A stretch of DNA of 46,496 bases from Verrucomicrobiota bacterium (GCA_019236675.1 JAFAIO010000485.1:1-46496), one strand, 5' to 3'. Positions 37,330 through 46,496 are shown, numbered from the stretch's first letter. Numbers and translations are program-made. Notes: generated by a model from the letters alone, not told the origin.

Positions 37330-38673
37330 ATGCCCAGTATGACAAGCCCCATCACAAAACTGCCGCTTATTGTTTTGATGTTGTGCGGGTCAACGGCGTG
37401 GTGCTCCATGGTTTCGGGCAACATCTACACCACAGATGGATCGGAAAAGGATGTTCAGGGTGCCCTTGATTCTGCCCGCAATGGAGCAATTATCAAAATC
37501 CAGAACGGCTCGTATACCTGGAATAGGCCAGTGACAAACAGCAAAAATACGGCTGTGCACATCATGGCACAGTCGCTTGGCGGCGTGACCATCAAGCGCG
37601 GCTACAAAAGCGGCCACCTGCTGGTTCTGAACGCTTCGCCAAACGGCAACGTTGAGTTGAGCGGTATACATTTCACAAGCGATCTAGATGGCTCAAACGA
37701 CAACTACACCTTTACTCTGTTAGTTAACCAACTCAGCGGTCAACCGGTCCTGATCCACGATTGCTCGTTCGTCACGGGCTACGAATATGCCGTGGTGTTT
37801 CACGGAAACGGCGGTGTGGTTTGGAACTGTTCCTTCGCGACCCACAGTGATGCTCTAGGCGGCATTTCGTTTGTCGATACAAGCGCGACCTGCGCAGCAT
37901 GGAACCGGCCCGATACACTGGGCGGCTCGGCAACGAAGTATGGCACCGGAGACCCGGCTGGAACGCTAAACACTTATATCGAATCCTGCTATTTTCGAGA
38001 CGCGGCCAATACCATGGCAAACTGGGATGACAACAGCCGAGTGGTATGGCGGTACAACGAGATGTACAACGCGGCGTGCGGGAGTCATGGCCAGGAAACC
38101 AGCACCTGGGGCACTCGGCATTGGGAGGTTTATGGCTGCACGTTCACCCGCAGTGCCAGCGGAAAGGCATTTGGAGGAACCGCCTATCCGCTAAATCTAA
38201 ACTATTGGTTTGAGATTCGGGGCGGAACCGGGGTTGTGACGAATAATAAATTGGACGAGATCCCGACCAAGGTTGGAGTCCAGTTGAACGTTTTTTCTAT
38301 CAATCGGTTAGGACAAATCCCATGTCAGACAGGGTATCCGGCAGCGCATCAAACCGGTCAGGGCTGGAGTGCTTCCAGTAAGGCCGTTTTCGGGACACCT
38401 CGAGTGAGCCAGGACGGAGTCGGCGCTGTCTCCGATCCACTGTATGTCTGGAATAATACGGGTTCCCTGACCACGAGTCCCAACTACGTTTTACCCAGCC
38501 AATATAGTCCGGACGAGTGCGCGAAGGGACAAAAAATCGAAACCTTCCTTCAACGGAATCGAGATTACTTCGTCAATGTGGCGATGCCCCAGTGGACACC
38601 GTTCACGTACCCGCATCCACTCCGAAAGAAGACGCTGGGACCAACCGGATCCGGCCCGTTACAGGTACAGTAA
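37330..38673 (+). CDS. Secreted right-handed parallel beta-helix (pectin lyase-like) protein; start ATG 37330 or 37339, not 36862
   Basis: Signal-like KLPLIVLMLCGSTAWCS; DVQGALDSARNGAIIKIQNGSYTW cap motif; repeated IHDCSF, VWNCSF, IESCYF, VYGCTF, VTNNKL strands rich in Asn/Gly/Thr. Confidence 0.75.
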   Translation: MPSMTSPITKLPLIVLMLCGSTAWCSMVSGNIYTTDGSEKDVQGALDSARNGAIIKIQNGSYTWNRPVTNSKNTAVHIMAQSLGGVTIKRGYKSGHLLVLNASPNGNVELSGIHFTSDLDGSNDNYTFTLLVNQLSGQPVLIHDCSFVTGYEYAVVFHGNGGVVWNCSFATHSDALGGISFVDTSATCAAWNRPDTLGGSATKYGTGDPAGTLNTYIESCYFRDAANTMANWDDNSRVVWRYNEMYNAACGSHGQETSTWGTRHWEVYGCTFTRSASGKAFGGTAYPLNLNYWFEIRGGTGVVTNNKLDEIPTKVGVQLNVFSINRLGQIPCQTGYPAAHQTGQGWSASSKAVFGTPRVSQDGVGAVSDPLYVWNNTGSLTTSPNYVLPSQYSPDECAKGQKIETFLQRNRDYFVNVAMPQWTPFTYPHPLRKKTLGPTGSGPLQVQ

Positions 38674-38711
38674 AGGCGGATGAGGCAATTTCCACTACTA
38701 GATAAAGTTCT

Positions 38712-39737
38712 ATGCGTATCCTGGTCACTGGCTCCGACGGCTATTTAGGCTCGCTCCTGACGCCTGTCTTAATGCGAAGCGGCCACGACGTTGTCGGGCT
38801 GGACACCGGATTCTACAAGGAGCGTATGCTCTACCGTAGCAAAGATCCGACGCCGGCGACGCTGGTTAAGGATGTTCGCGATCTGGATGCCTCCGATCTC
38901 GCAGGTTTCGAAGCAATCGTCCACATGGGGGATCTCTCAAATGATCCCGCCGGCGAATTGGCGCCACAGATTACCTATGAAATAAATCACAAAGGCTCGG
39001 TGTGGTTGGCGGAACTGGCACGAAAGTCAGGCGTCGGGCGCTTTGTATATATGTCGTCATGCAGCGTGTATGGCGTGGCGGGCGAAGATTTTTTGACCGA
39101 GGAATCAGCGACCGATCCGCAGACCTCATACGCAATCTGTAAGACTCTGGTCGAACAAGATCTACGAAGGCTAGCGAACGAACGGTTTGCGCCGACTTGT
39201 ATGCGAAATGCGACTGCCTACGGAGCATCACCGCGAATGCGTTTCGATATCGTTCTCAACAATTTGGCGGGTCTAGCTTGGACGGGGAAGGGAATAAGCA
39301 TGACGAGCGATGGAACGCCTTGGCGGCCGATCGTGCATGGACTTGATATCTGCCAAGCGATTCTCGCGGTGCTAGAAGCACCCCGGGAAGCTGTCGCTAA
39401 CGAGGTGTTTAATGTTGGCAACACAAATCATAATTACCGAGTTAGAGAGATCGCCCAAATAGTGGGGGAAGTTTTTCCTGGCTGCACGGTTTCGTTTGGT
39501 CCGCCCAGTCCGGACAATCGTAGCTACCGGGTGTCGTTCGAGAAGATTAAAAAGCATCTGCCTGGTTTTGAGTGTCGCTGGGATGCGAGACAGGGAGCCG
39601 AACAACTGCTCAATTTGTTTAGGCGAGTCGAAATGACCGCCGAGGTATTTGAATGCCGAGCTTTCACCCGACTGAAGCAGCTCCAATACTTAATGCGGAC
39701 AGGACAGTTAGATGAACATTTCTATTGGACCGAATAA
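38712..39737 (+). CDS. NAD-dependent epimerase/dehydratase (NDP-sugar SDR)
   Basis: ILVTGSDGYLG, LSNDP, MSSCSVYG, YAICK (YxxxK), RNATAYG, DGTPWRP. Confidence 0.92.
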   Translation: MRILVTGSDGYLGSLLTPVLMRSGHDVVGLDTGFYKERMLYRSKDPTPATLVKDVRDLDASDLAGFEAIVHMGDLSNDPAGELAPQITYEINHKGSVWLAELARKSGVGRFVYMSSCSVYGVAGEDFLTEESATDPQTSYAICKTLVEQDLRRLANERFAPTCMRNATAYGASPRMRFDIVLNNLAGLAWTGKGISMTSDGTPWRPIVHGLDICQAILAVLEAPREAVANEVFNVGNTNHNYRVREIAQIVGEVFPGCTVSFGPPSPDNRSYRVSFEKIKKHLPGFECRWDARQGAEQLLNLFRRVEMTAEVFECRAFTRLKQLQYLMRTGQLDEHFYWTE

Positions 39738-40261
39738 TGCGTTTTATCGCTACCTCGTTGGAAGGCGCTTGCATCGTCGAACCGGAACCGCACGAGGACG
39801 ACCGTGGCCTATTTGCGCGCACCTTTTGTGAGAAGGAGTTTCACGACCAGGGTCTGATTGTGAAATTTGTTCAGTGTAACACATCGTGGAATGTCAGGGC
39901 AGGGACGATTCGGGGATTACACTACCAGTTAGCTCCATTGCTAGAAGCAAAGCTCGTTCGTTGTACGGCCGGTTCGTTATGGGATGTGATTGTGGATCTG
40001 CGACCCGACTCGCGGACCTATCTACAACATTTCGGTGTCAAATTAACCGCGCGAAATCGCAAAGCTTTGTATGTGCCCGAGATGTTTGCTCATGGGTTCC
40101 AGACTCTGGAGGACGGCACGGAAGTTTTTTATCAGATGAGCGAATTCTATTCGCCAAAAGTTGGACGGGGACTTCGATTTAACGATCCTAAGCTTGGAAT
40201 CAATTGGCCGTTGTCCGTAGCATCGATATCCGAGCGGGATCTCAGTTGGGATTGGCTATAG
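39737..40261 (+). CDS. rfbC: dTDP/CDP-4-keto-6-deoxyglucose 3,5-epimerase family (cupin); start ATG 39737 in TAATG overlap
   Basis: DDRGLFAR, GTIRGLHYQ, EAKLVRC, DVIVDLRPDS, LYVPEMFAHGFQTL, DPKLGINWP. Confidence 0.93.
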   Translation: MRFIATSLEGACIVEPEPHEDDRGLFARTFCEKEFHDQGLIVKFVQCNTSWNVRAGTIRGLHYQLAPLLEAKLVRCTAGSLWDVIVDLRPDSRTYLQHFGVKLTARNRKALYVPEMFAHGFQTLEDGTEVFYQMSEFYSPKVGRGLRFNDPKLGINWPLSVASISERDLSWDWL

Positions 40262-40390
40262 AGGCTAGCGATTACTAAGCCTTGCCTTGATTTCTTCCGA
40301 ATTAAGCACTGAGTCGTTCCTTATTTCGCCTTTGAGAAGGAGTTCCTAATGGTGGTAATAGCAGGCAGCCGCGAGACGGGGGATCCCTTT

Positions 40391-41737
40391 ATGACTGACG
40401 TGCTAAAAGTGATCGACCCTAACGCTGAGGGTGAGATTGCCTATGCGCTGGTCGAGCGCCTTTATCCGATCTGTAGGAGCATCACCGGTAATGGAGTCCG
40501 GCGCAGTCTGCGTGTGCTTCGCGAAATCATCCCGCTGGCAATGCGCGAGGTCATAAGTAATACACCAGTCTTTGACTGGACGGTTCCAGACGAGTGGAAC
40601 ATCCGCGACGCCTATATCATGAACGAAGCCGGTGAACGGGTGGTCGACTTTCGGAAGTCAAATCTTCATGTCCTGAACTATAGCGTGCCGGTCAACCGAA
40701 TGATGTCGCTGGCGGAACTTCGACCCCATCTTTTCACCATTCCTGAAGCTCCGCGCTGGATACCCTATCGAACTTCGTACTACCAGAAAGACTGGGGTTT
40801 CTGCCTGGCTCAACAGCAACTCGATAGGCTGAAAGATGGAGAATACCATGTTTATATCGATTCTACTCTGCATCCCGGGCATCTGACTTACGGTGAATTT
40901 AGGATCCAAGGTCAAACCGACGATGAGGTGCTGATCTCGTGCCATTCCTGCCACCCGTCCCTCTGCAACGACAATCTTTCAGGGATGGTGATTGCGGCCC
41001 GAATGGCGCTTCTTCTCCAAGGCACTTCACCGCGATATTCCTACCGATTCGTATGGGTTCCCGGCACCATTGGGTCGATCACCTGGCTAGCCTTGAATGA
41101 AGCCATTCTGCCCCAGATCAAACATGGACTGGTACTATCCTGTCTCGGTGATCCCGGTAAGTTCACGTATAAGCGAAGCCGTCGCGGTGATGCGGAGATC
41201 GATCGCACGGTTGAACACGTGCTCGCCCACAGCGGGAACGAATTCAATATTCTGGATTTCGCGCCTTATGGTTACGATGAGAGACAGTACTGCTCTCCCG
41301 GTATCAATCTACCAGTCGGCTGCTTCATGCGCACGCCAAATGGTTGTTACCCGGAATACCACACTTCGGCAGATGATCTTTCGCTGGTCACACCCACTGC
41401 GCTCGGGGAGTCGCTTGTGCAGTTGTTACGCGTCATCCGGGTTCTGGAGGAGAACCGGCCCTACCTTAACCTTAACCCGACTTGTGAACCTCAACTTGGG
41501 CGCCGCGGCTTATATCGGCAAATGGGCGGAGCGAAGGATAGGGCGATGCTGGAGATGGCTATGCTTTGGGTTCTGAACTTTTCGGACGGAGAGCATGATC
41601 TTCTCGACATCGCGGTTCGGTCCGGTATTCCGTTTGAGCAGATTAGTCAGGCAACTCAATCGCTGCGTGAGGCGGGGTTGCTCGATTGGCCCGAAAATTA
41701 CACCACAGAAACGCAGAGAATACCGGGGGAAAAATAA
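40391..41737 (+). CDS. DUF4910/DUF2172 aminopeptidase-like (M28 fold) polysaccharide biosynthesis protein with C-terminal winged helix; start 40349 or 40391
   Basis: LYPICRSITGNG, VFDWTVPDEWNI, IPYRTSYY, HSCHPSLCNDNLSG, GYDERQYCSPG, YPEYHTSADD, CEPQLGRRGLY, WVLNFSDG. Confidence 0.88.
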   Translation: MTDVLKVIDPNAEGEIAYALVERLYPICRSITGNGVRRSLRVLREIIPLAMREVISNTPVFDWTVPDEWNIRDAYIMNEAGERVVDFRKSNLHVLNYSVPVNRMMSLAELRPHLFTIPEAPRWIPYRTSYYQKDWGFCLAQQQLDRLKDGEYHVYIDSTLHPGHLTYGEFRIQGQTDDEVLISCHSCHPSLCNDNLSGMVIAARMALLLQGTSPRYSYRFVWVPGTIGSITWLALNEAILPQIKHGLVLSCLGDPGKFTYKRSRRGDAEIDRTVEHVLAHSGNEFNILDFAPYGYDERQYCSPGINLPVGCFMRTPNGCYPEYHTSADDLSLVTPTALGESLVQLLRVIRVLEENRPYLNLNPTCEPQLGRRGLYRQMGGAKDRAMLEMAMLWVLNFSDGEHDLLDIAVRSGIPFEQISQATQSLREAGLLDWPENYTTETQRIPGEK

Positions 41738-41870
41738 GAAAACGGTTTATCTGACCTCGGTATCTCTGTGATGAACCCTGACCGACCATAGAACTGATAT
41801 CAATAAGCCGATCGTGCTCGAGGAATCCAACCCAATAGCAGAACTGACGACGAGCATTTCAACCACCGCG

Positions 41871-41992
41871 CACGCTTGTTTCTGCCGGGCGCCGCTGAGG
41901 CACACTTTCGTGGATCTAGGCATGTCACCTTTATGCGAGTCGATCCTGCAAGGGATCAGGTTAACCAATTGGAACCATTCTACCCGCTGCAT
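41871..41992 (+). pseudogene. Frameshifted N-terminal remnant of an NDP-sugar C-methyltransferase (zinc-binding N-domain)
   Basis: CFCRAPLRHTFVDLGMSPLCES in one frame continues as RDQVNQLEPFYPLH in another, matching the CxxC..TFVDLGMSPLCES..QLNQMEPFYPLH start of this family; the rest of the gene is missing. Confidence 0.8.
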
Positions 41993-42186
41993 GATGAACA
42001 GCAGTGGTTCCTGGAGAAATCCCTGCATTCACAGAATTGGAGGCAATTTGAGCCCCTTACTAATGCTTCAATATATAACACTGCGGCAATTCGAAAGAAT
42101 ACGTAACACATGAACGCCTTGCTTTTTGATTCATCCGTTACGGCTCTCCGGGTCTCCACGATTCGTTACCCGGAGTACGACAAAAT

Positions 42187-43146
42187 ATGTTAAATCTTCA
42201 ACAACCGAAATTCGTCTATATGGGGGGCAAGCTTCGTCGATGGGAGGAAGCAACGCTGCACGTTGGTTGTGAGGCGGTCAATCGAGGCCTGAATGTCTTT
42301 GAAGGCTTAAAAGGGTACTGGCAACCAGACGGCCCGTTTGCTGTCGTCATGCTTCAGCGACATTACGAGCGCCTTCAGAAGTCGGCACGGCTACTTCATA
42401 TCCCATGCCTTTCCTCGTTCGAAGAGTACAAAAACTCGATCGAGCAACTCGCTTCATCGCTGCTGGAACCCGACCGGGATATGTGGTTTCGCACCACCCT
42501 GTTCGTAACGGAAGGTCATTGGGGTGAAGGCACCGTTGCCGATCTGGTGGTCACGGCTTTTCATCAGGACAAAGTCATACCTAGCCCTATAGATTTAGGT
42601 GTGAGTACCTGGCAGCGGAGCCTTGATGTGGCACTGCCGGCGAGAATCAAAACCAGCACTAATTATCAAGTTGCACGTTTAGCCAGGATAGAGGGGCGAA
42701 AAAGGGGTTGGCAGGAAATGATTCTGCTAAATCAATGGGGCCGAGTAGCAGAGGCAACCGGTGCTTGTATTTTGATGGTAAGGGATGGAGCGATAGCTAC
42801 TCCGCCCGCAACGGAAGGAGCTCTCGAGAGCATTACTTTGGAAATACTGGAGGTGCTCGCAGAATCTCTTGGTATTCCTTTTGTGAGGCGTCCCATAGAC
42901 CGTACTGAGCTACTGGTTGCTGATGAGATCGCGCTCTGCGGAACGCTAGCTGAGGTGGTGCTCGCTAAGTCAATAGAAGGTCTTCCTCTGCCCGAGGAAA
43001 CGCCTGTTCTAAGGGCATTGCAAACACGATACTTCGAAGCAGTCAGAGGTATGAAACCACACCCATTCGTCCATATGTCTACTGTGGGGAGTACTTGCGG
43101 AATGGCCTGGCCTCAAACCGACGTCGCGTACGCGCGCAAGACTTAG
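42187..43146 (+). CDS. PLP-dependent aminotransferase class IV (IlvE/D-amino acid aminotransferase-like)
   Basis: GLNVFEGLKGY, HYERLQKSA, RIKTSTNY (PLP Lys), VAEATGAC, LESIT, ADEIALCGTLAEV. Confidence 0.92.
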   Translation: MLNLQQPKFVYMGGKLRRWEEATLHVGCEAVNRGLNVFEGLKGYWQPDGPFAVVMLQRHYERLQKSARLLHIPCLSSFEEYKNSIEQLASSLLEPDRDMWFRTTLFVTEGHWGEGTVADLVVTAFHQDKVIPSPIDLGVSTWQRSLDVALPARIKTSTNYQVARLARIEGRKRGWQEMILLNQWGRVAEATGACILMVRDGAIATPPATEGALESITLEILEVLAESLGIPFVRRPIDRTELLVADEIALCGTLAEVVLAKSIEGLPLPEETPVLRALQTRYFEAVRGMKPHPFVHMSTVGSTCGMAWPQTDVAYARKT

Positions 43147-43193
43147 GGTCGGAACTTGGCTCGAGACGGCGGATAAAAAAGGGAGTGATCCAT

Positions 43194-44255
43194 ATGCCTC
43201 GCGTTTCTATTGTCGTTCCTGTCTATAACGGAGAAACTGATCTATTCGAGTGCCTGGCGAGTATTTTGGCCCAGACTTATTCGGACTGGACGGCAGTCGT
43301 TGTCAATAATTGCAGCACGGACAGGACCGGAGAAATCGCTGACTATTTCGCGCACAAGGATTCCAGATTTCGGGTAGAACACTGTGCGGAATTCTTGTCT
43401 CAAAGCGGGAATTACAACCGGGCAGTCGATTTGAGAGCGGCTGATGCAGAATATGTTAAGATGGTCGAAGCGGACAATTGGCTGTGGCCCGAGTGCTTGG
43501 AGCGGATGGTTACCTTGGCTGACCGCGATCATGAGATCAGATTGGTCGGTTGTTATTGGTTGCACGGACAGGCATTGCGCGGCGGAGGGGCGCCCTGGCC
43601 GAACGAAGTTTTGGATGGGGACGAAGCTCGCCGGGACCACCTGCGCACAGACTGGTGCTATTACTTTGGTACGCCGACAACTCTATTGTTTCGCGCAGCA
43701 GCGCTTGCGCCGCTTAGTCCCTGCTTCCAACCCGGTCTGTTTTTCGACGATGTCGATCTTTGTTTTCGGGTGTTACGCCAATGGAAATTCGGCTTCGTTC
43801 ACCAGATTTTGGCTTTTCTAAGGGATGACAACGGTGGAGTGTCCGAGGCTTTCTCTAACTTCGATTACGTCCCGGCTTATCAATATCTTCTCGCTAGGGC
43901 CTACGGTGCTGAAATGTTCGATAGTCGCGAATCGAACGAAATAACTCGAAAACGAAAATCGGCATATCACCGGCGGCTGGGCCGTTCTTTGGTGGTTGGG
44001 AGACCGAAACAGTACTGGGATTTCCATAAAAAAGCGTGGGGCCTTATGAACTATGACTTGCCCCGGCGCGAGCTGATTTGGCCAGTAATTTTAGAGCTTT
44101 TGGATCTGGGATTTAATCTGAAAGCGACACTAAATCTGTTAATCCGGAAAGCGAATAGGCTGCTTGCGAGTCGATCCCGGAGGTATTCGCCTTCAGGGGA
44201 CTGCGCCGCTGATTCTCAAAAACGCGCGAGTGAAGTGATGCCAACGGCCAGATGA
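43194..44255 (+). CDS. Glycosyltransferase family 2 (start ATG 43194 after GGGAG)
   Basis: PRVSIVVPVYNGE, SILAQTY, VVNNCSTD, VEADNW, FFDDVDL. Confidence 0.92.
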   Translation: MPRVSIVVPVYNGETDLFECLASILAQTYSDWTAVVVNNCSTDRTGEIADYFAHKDSRFRVEHCAEFLSQSGNYNRAVDLRAADAEYVKMVEADNWLWPECLERMVTLADRDHEIRLVGCYWLHGQALRGGGAPWPNEVLDGDEARRDHLRTDWCYYFGTPTTLLFRAAALAPLSPCFQPGLFFDDVDLCFRVLRQWKFGFVHQILAFLRDDNGGVSEAFSNFDYVPAYQYLLARAYGAEMFDSRESNEITRKRKSAYHRRLGRSLVVGRPKQYWDFHKKAWGLMNYDLPRRELIWPVILELLDLGFNLKATLNLLIRKANRLLASRSRRYSPSGDCAADSQKRASEVMPTAR

Positions 44256-44355
44256 AAACTATGCGCGTTCCACATATAACTGACGCTTTCTCCGCGTCGC
44301 ACTCCTCCGTACCTTTAGCAGAGGAAGCGAGGCACACTTCACCATAGAGCCATCG

Positions 44356-45348
44356 ATGAAGATATCGGTGATTGTAGGAACACGAAACCGGGCCCACGTC
44401 ATTAGGGAGTGCCTGGATTCTATAACGGCGGCTTTCGCTAAGGCGGCGCCTCTGGATGGGGAAATCATTGTCGTGGATAACGGTTCGACGGACGGTACGT
44501 TAGATCTCATTCGGAATTGGGTAGCCGCGTGTCCATTTTCTGCGCGCTGGCTTTCCGAGTCTAGACCGGGGCTTTCCGCAGCACGCAACTATGCGATGCG
44601 AGTTGCTCAGGGAGACTTGCTTGTGTTTACCGATGATGATTGCCGGCTGAACGAAGACTACATCAAGGATCTGCTGCGACATGACGCCGCAGATACCGAA
44701 CCGGTGCTGCGCGGCGGACGAGTCGAACTTGGTGACCCGACCGATTTAACCCTTTCAATCAAGACCAGCCCGGATCTGACGCGGTGGCATCGCCGGATGA
44801 GGTCAGCAAGATACGAAAATCTTGCCGCCTCCATTGTAGGATGCAATCTGGCTTTGCGCCGGGAAGTTGCTGAACGTATCGGCCCCTTCGACGAGCGCAT
44901 CGGGCCGGGTCGCAGTATACCTGCTGCGGAAGATACCGATTGGGTCTGGCGGGCCTATCTTGCAGACATCACGATTGAGTATGTCCCGGATATGGTGATC
45001 TATCATCATCACGGAAGAAAACGGCAGGCAGAAGGGGACAAGCTATTTGCTAATTACATGATTGGGAATGGTGCGCTTTATGCAAAATACCTATTCAAGG
45101 ATTTCGACTTCTGTCGCAAGTTCTTCCGGGATATTCAGATTTCGATACAGCAGCTGCTTTCCGGCCGAAAAAACTACTATATTATCGGGACTTACGGTTT
45201 CTACCTGCACGTGGGTCTGGCCTACAATGTGTTGGGTATGCTCAAGTTTGTGTTGGTGATCACCGGGCAACGATTGAAGAGAGCGATTCCAGGCTACTCT
45301 CTCCGACCATTTCATGGTCACAAATTGAACCCTGAACAACCGCAATGA
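44356..45348 (+). CDS. Glycosyltransferase family 2, tandem copy A
   Basis: ISVIVGTRNR, IIVVDNGSTD, GLSAARN, FTDDDC, GPFDERIG, AEDTDW. Confidence 0.93.
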   Translation: MKISVIVGTRNRAHVIRECLDSITAAFAKAAPLDGEIIVVDNGSTDGTLDLIRNWVAACPFSARWLSESRPGLSAARNYAMRVAQGDLLVFTDDDCRLNEDYIKDLLRHDAADTEPVLRGGRVELGDPTDLTLSIKTSPDLTRWHRRMRSARYENLAASIVGCNLALRREVAERIGPFDERIGPGRSIPAAEDTDWVWRAYLADITIEYVPDMVIYHHHGRKRQAEGDKLFANYMIGNGALYAKYLFKDFDFCRKFFRDIQISIQQLLSGRKNYYIIGTYGFYLHVGLAYNVLGMLKFVLVITGQRLKRAIPGYSLRPFHGHKLNPEQPQ

Positions 45349-46322
45349 AGGTTTCCGTCATCGTCGGGACAAAAAACCGGGCACATATCATCGCCGCTTG
45401 CCTGACCTCTATCGCAGCGGCTATCAGCAAGTCCGCGCCCGGCGATGGAGAGATCATTGTTGTCGATAACGGCTCGACGGACAATACCACCCTCGTCATC
45501 CAAAATTGGGCTGCGACATGCCCCGTGCCGGTGCACTTACTGTTTCAGCTCAGTGCGGGGCTATCAGCCTCGCGAAATTACGCTATGCGGGTAGCTCAGG
45601 GCGATTTCTTTGTGTTTACGGACGATGATTGCCGGCTAAGTGAAGACTACATCCACGATTTGCTGCGGCACGATGCTGCTGATACCGAGCCAGTGCTGCG
45701 CGGCGGGCGAGTCGAACTTGGTGACCCGACCGATTTAACCCTCTCAATCAAGACCAGCCCTGATTTGCGGCGCTGGTGTCGCCGGTTGAGGTCGGCAAAA
45801 CAGGACAACCTTGGTGCTGCCATAATGGGATGCAACATGGCGTTGCGTCGCGAAGTTGCCGAACGAATTGGACCTTTCGACGAGCGTATCGGACAGGGAA
45901 CTACCATCCCGGCTGTGGAAGATACCGATTGGATCTATCAGGCGTATCTTGCAGGAGTCACCGTTGAGTACGTTCCTGATATGGTCGTCTACCATCATCA
46001 CGGAAGAAAACTGCAGTCAGAGGGAGATAAGCTCTTTGCTAGCTACGCGATTGGCAACGGCGCCCTGTATGCCAAATACCTGTTCAAGGACTCCGATCTC
46101 TGCCGTAGCTTTGTCAGGGATGTCGAGAGGTCGATCCGGCAGTTTATTTCGGGACAGAGAAATTACTTTCTTATCGGGAACTACGGTTTCTACCTGCATG
46201 TGTGGCTTGGGAACTGTGTCGTGGGAGCGATTAGATATCTTCGTTTAATGGTGAGCGAGCGTTTACGGAGCTGGTTTAAACCTCCCGTTCGGGGAGAGCG
46301 GCGCTCGGCGAGCGTGTGTTAA
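45345..46322 (+). CDS. Glycosyltransferase family 2, tandem copy B
   Basis: Same motifs as copy A and colinear with it at an offset of 989 nt; ATGA overlap. Confidence 0.93.
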   Translation: MKVSVIVGTKNRAHIIAACLTSIAAAISKSAPGDGEIIVVDNGSTDNTTLVIQNWAATCPVPVHLLFQLSAGLSASRNYAMRVAQGDFFVFTDDDCRLSEDYIHDLLRHDAADTEPVLRGGRVELGDPTDLTLSIKTSPDLRRWCRRLRSAKQDNLGAAIMGCNMALRREVAERIGPFDERIGQGTTIPAVEDTDWIYQAYLAGVTVEYVPDMVVYHHHGRKLQSEGDKLFASYAIGNGALYAKYLFKDSDLCRSFVRDVERSIRQFISGQRNYFLIGNYGFYLHVWLGNCVVGAIRYLRLMVSERLRSWFKPPVRGERRSASVC

Positions 46323-46437
46323 AGCGCATTGATCCTCTAAAGCAAGAGCACCACGAACAGCTCGAAGCTAACGCCACGCTGGCTAGCTCGAAGCGAGATT
46401 GGCTTTGTCAATTCATCCAAAATCCAATTAGCAAACT

Positions 46438-46496
46438 ATGAAAGTCGTGCTTTTTTGCGGTGGCCTCGGAACCCGGTTGCGAGAGTTCGGGGACAA
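46438..46496 (+). CDS. rfbF: Glucose-1-phosphate cytidylyltransferase, 5' fragment cut by the window end
   Basis: Translates MKVVLFCGGLGTRLREFG; nucleotidyltransferase GGxGTRL motif in the LFCGG form typical of RfbF-like proteins. Confidence 0.75.
   Translation, partial: MKVVLFCGGLGTRLREFGD

Noticed and set aside
41700-41772. Degenerate CACAGA...TCTGTG inverted repeat at the end of the DUF4910 gene
   Set aside because: Short and imperfect; possibly a decayed REP-like element but not supportable from one copy.
44252-44347. 31-codon ORF (MKTMRVPHIT...) overlapping the GT2 stop by ATGA
   Set aside because: No recognisable motif; could be chance or a decayed N-terminal extension.
1-46496. CRISPR array, rRNA, transposase, prophage or defence genes
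   Set aside because: No regularly spaced direct repeats and no matching protein motifs were seen.

Overview
Bacterial chromosomal segment with two parts. The gene content and repeat style suggest Verrucomicrobiota (Spartobacteria-like); this is an impression, not demonstrated. (1) 1-10.3 kb is housekeeping and accessory DNA: a phoH - membrane HD phosphodiesterase - ybeY operon, then minus-strand genes for a secreted hypothetical protein, an APC permease, a GH1 beta-glucosidase, a ClC-CBS transporter and a SAM methyltransferase, with two nested REP/MITE-like inverted-repeat elements flanking the GH1 gene. (2) 10.8 kb to the window end is one co-oriented cluster of more than 35 kb for Wzy-type surface polysaccharide/EPS synthesis. 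It encodes a priming transferase, a NusG paralog, a Wzc-like protein, a Wzy/WaaL protein, two oxidoreductase-acetyltransferase-DegT modules (one decayed), GT2/GT4/GT9 enzymes, two AsnB-family proteins, RfbC, DUF4910, a class IV aminotransferase and the start of rfbF. The most striking signal is absent from the ORF track: a complete, CCA-encoding but atypical tRNA-Thr(CGU) at 29929-30003. It keeps ThrRS identity elements but has a bulged T-stem and an A32/U38 anticodon loop. It lies 29 nt after a FemAB/GNAT-like gene and just before asnB. I infer a dedicated, possibly non-proteinogenic tRNA feeding threonine to a Fem-like enzyme that decorates the polysaccharide. Two frameshifted gene remnants were also found (acetyltransferase, C-methyltransferase).
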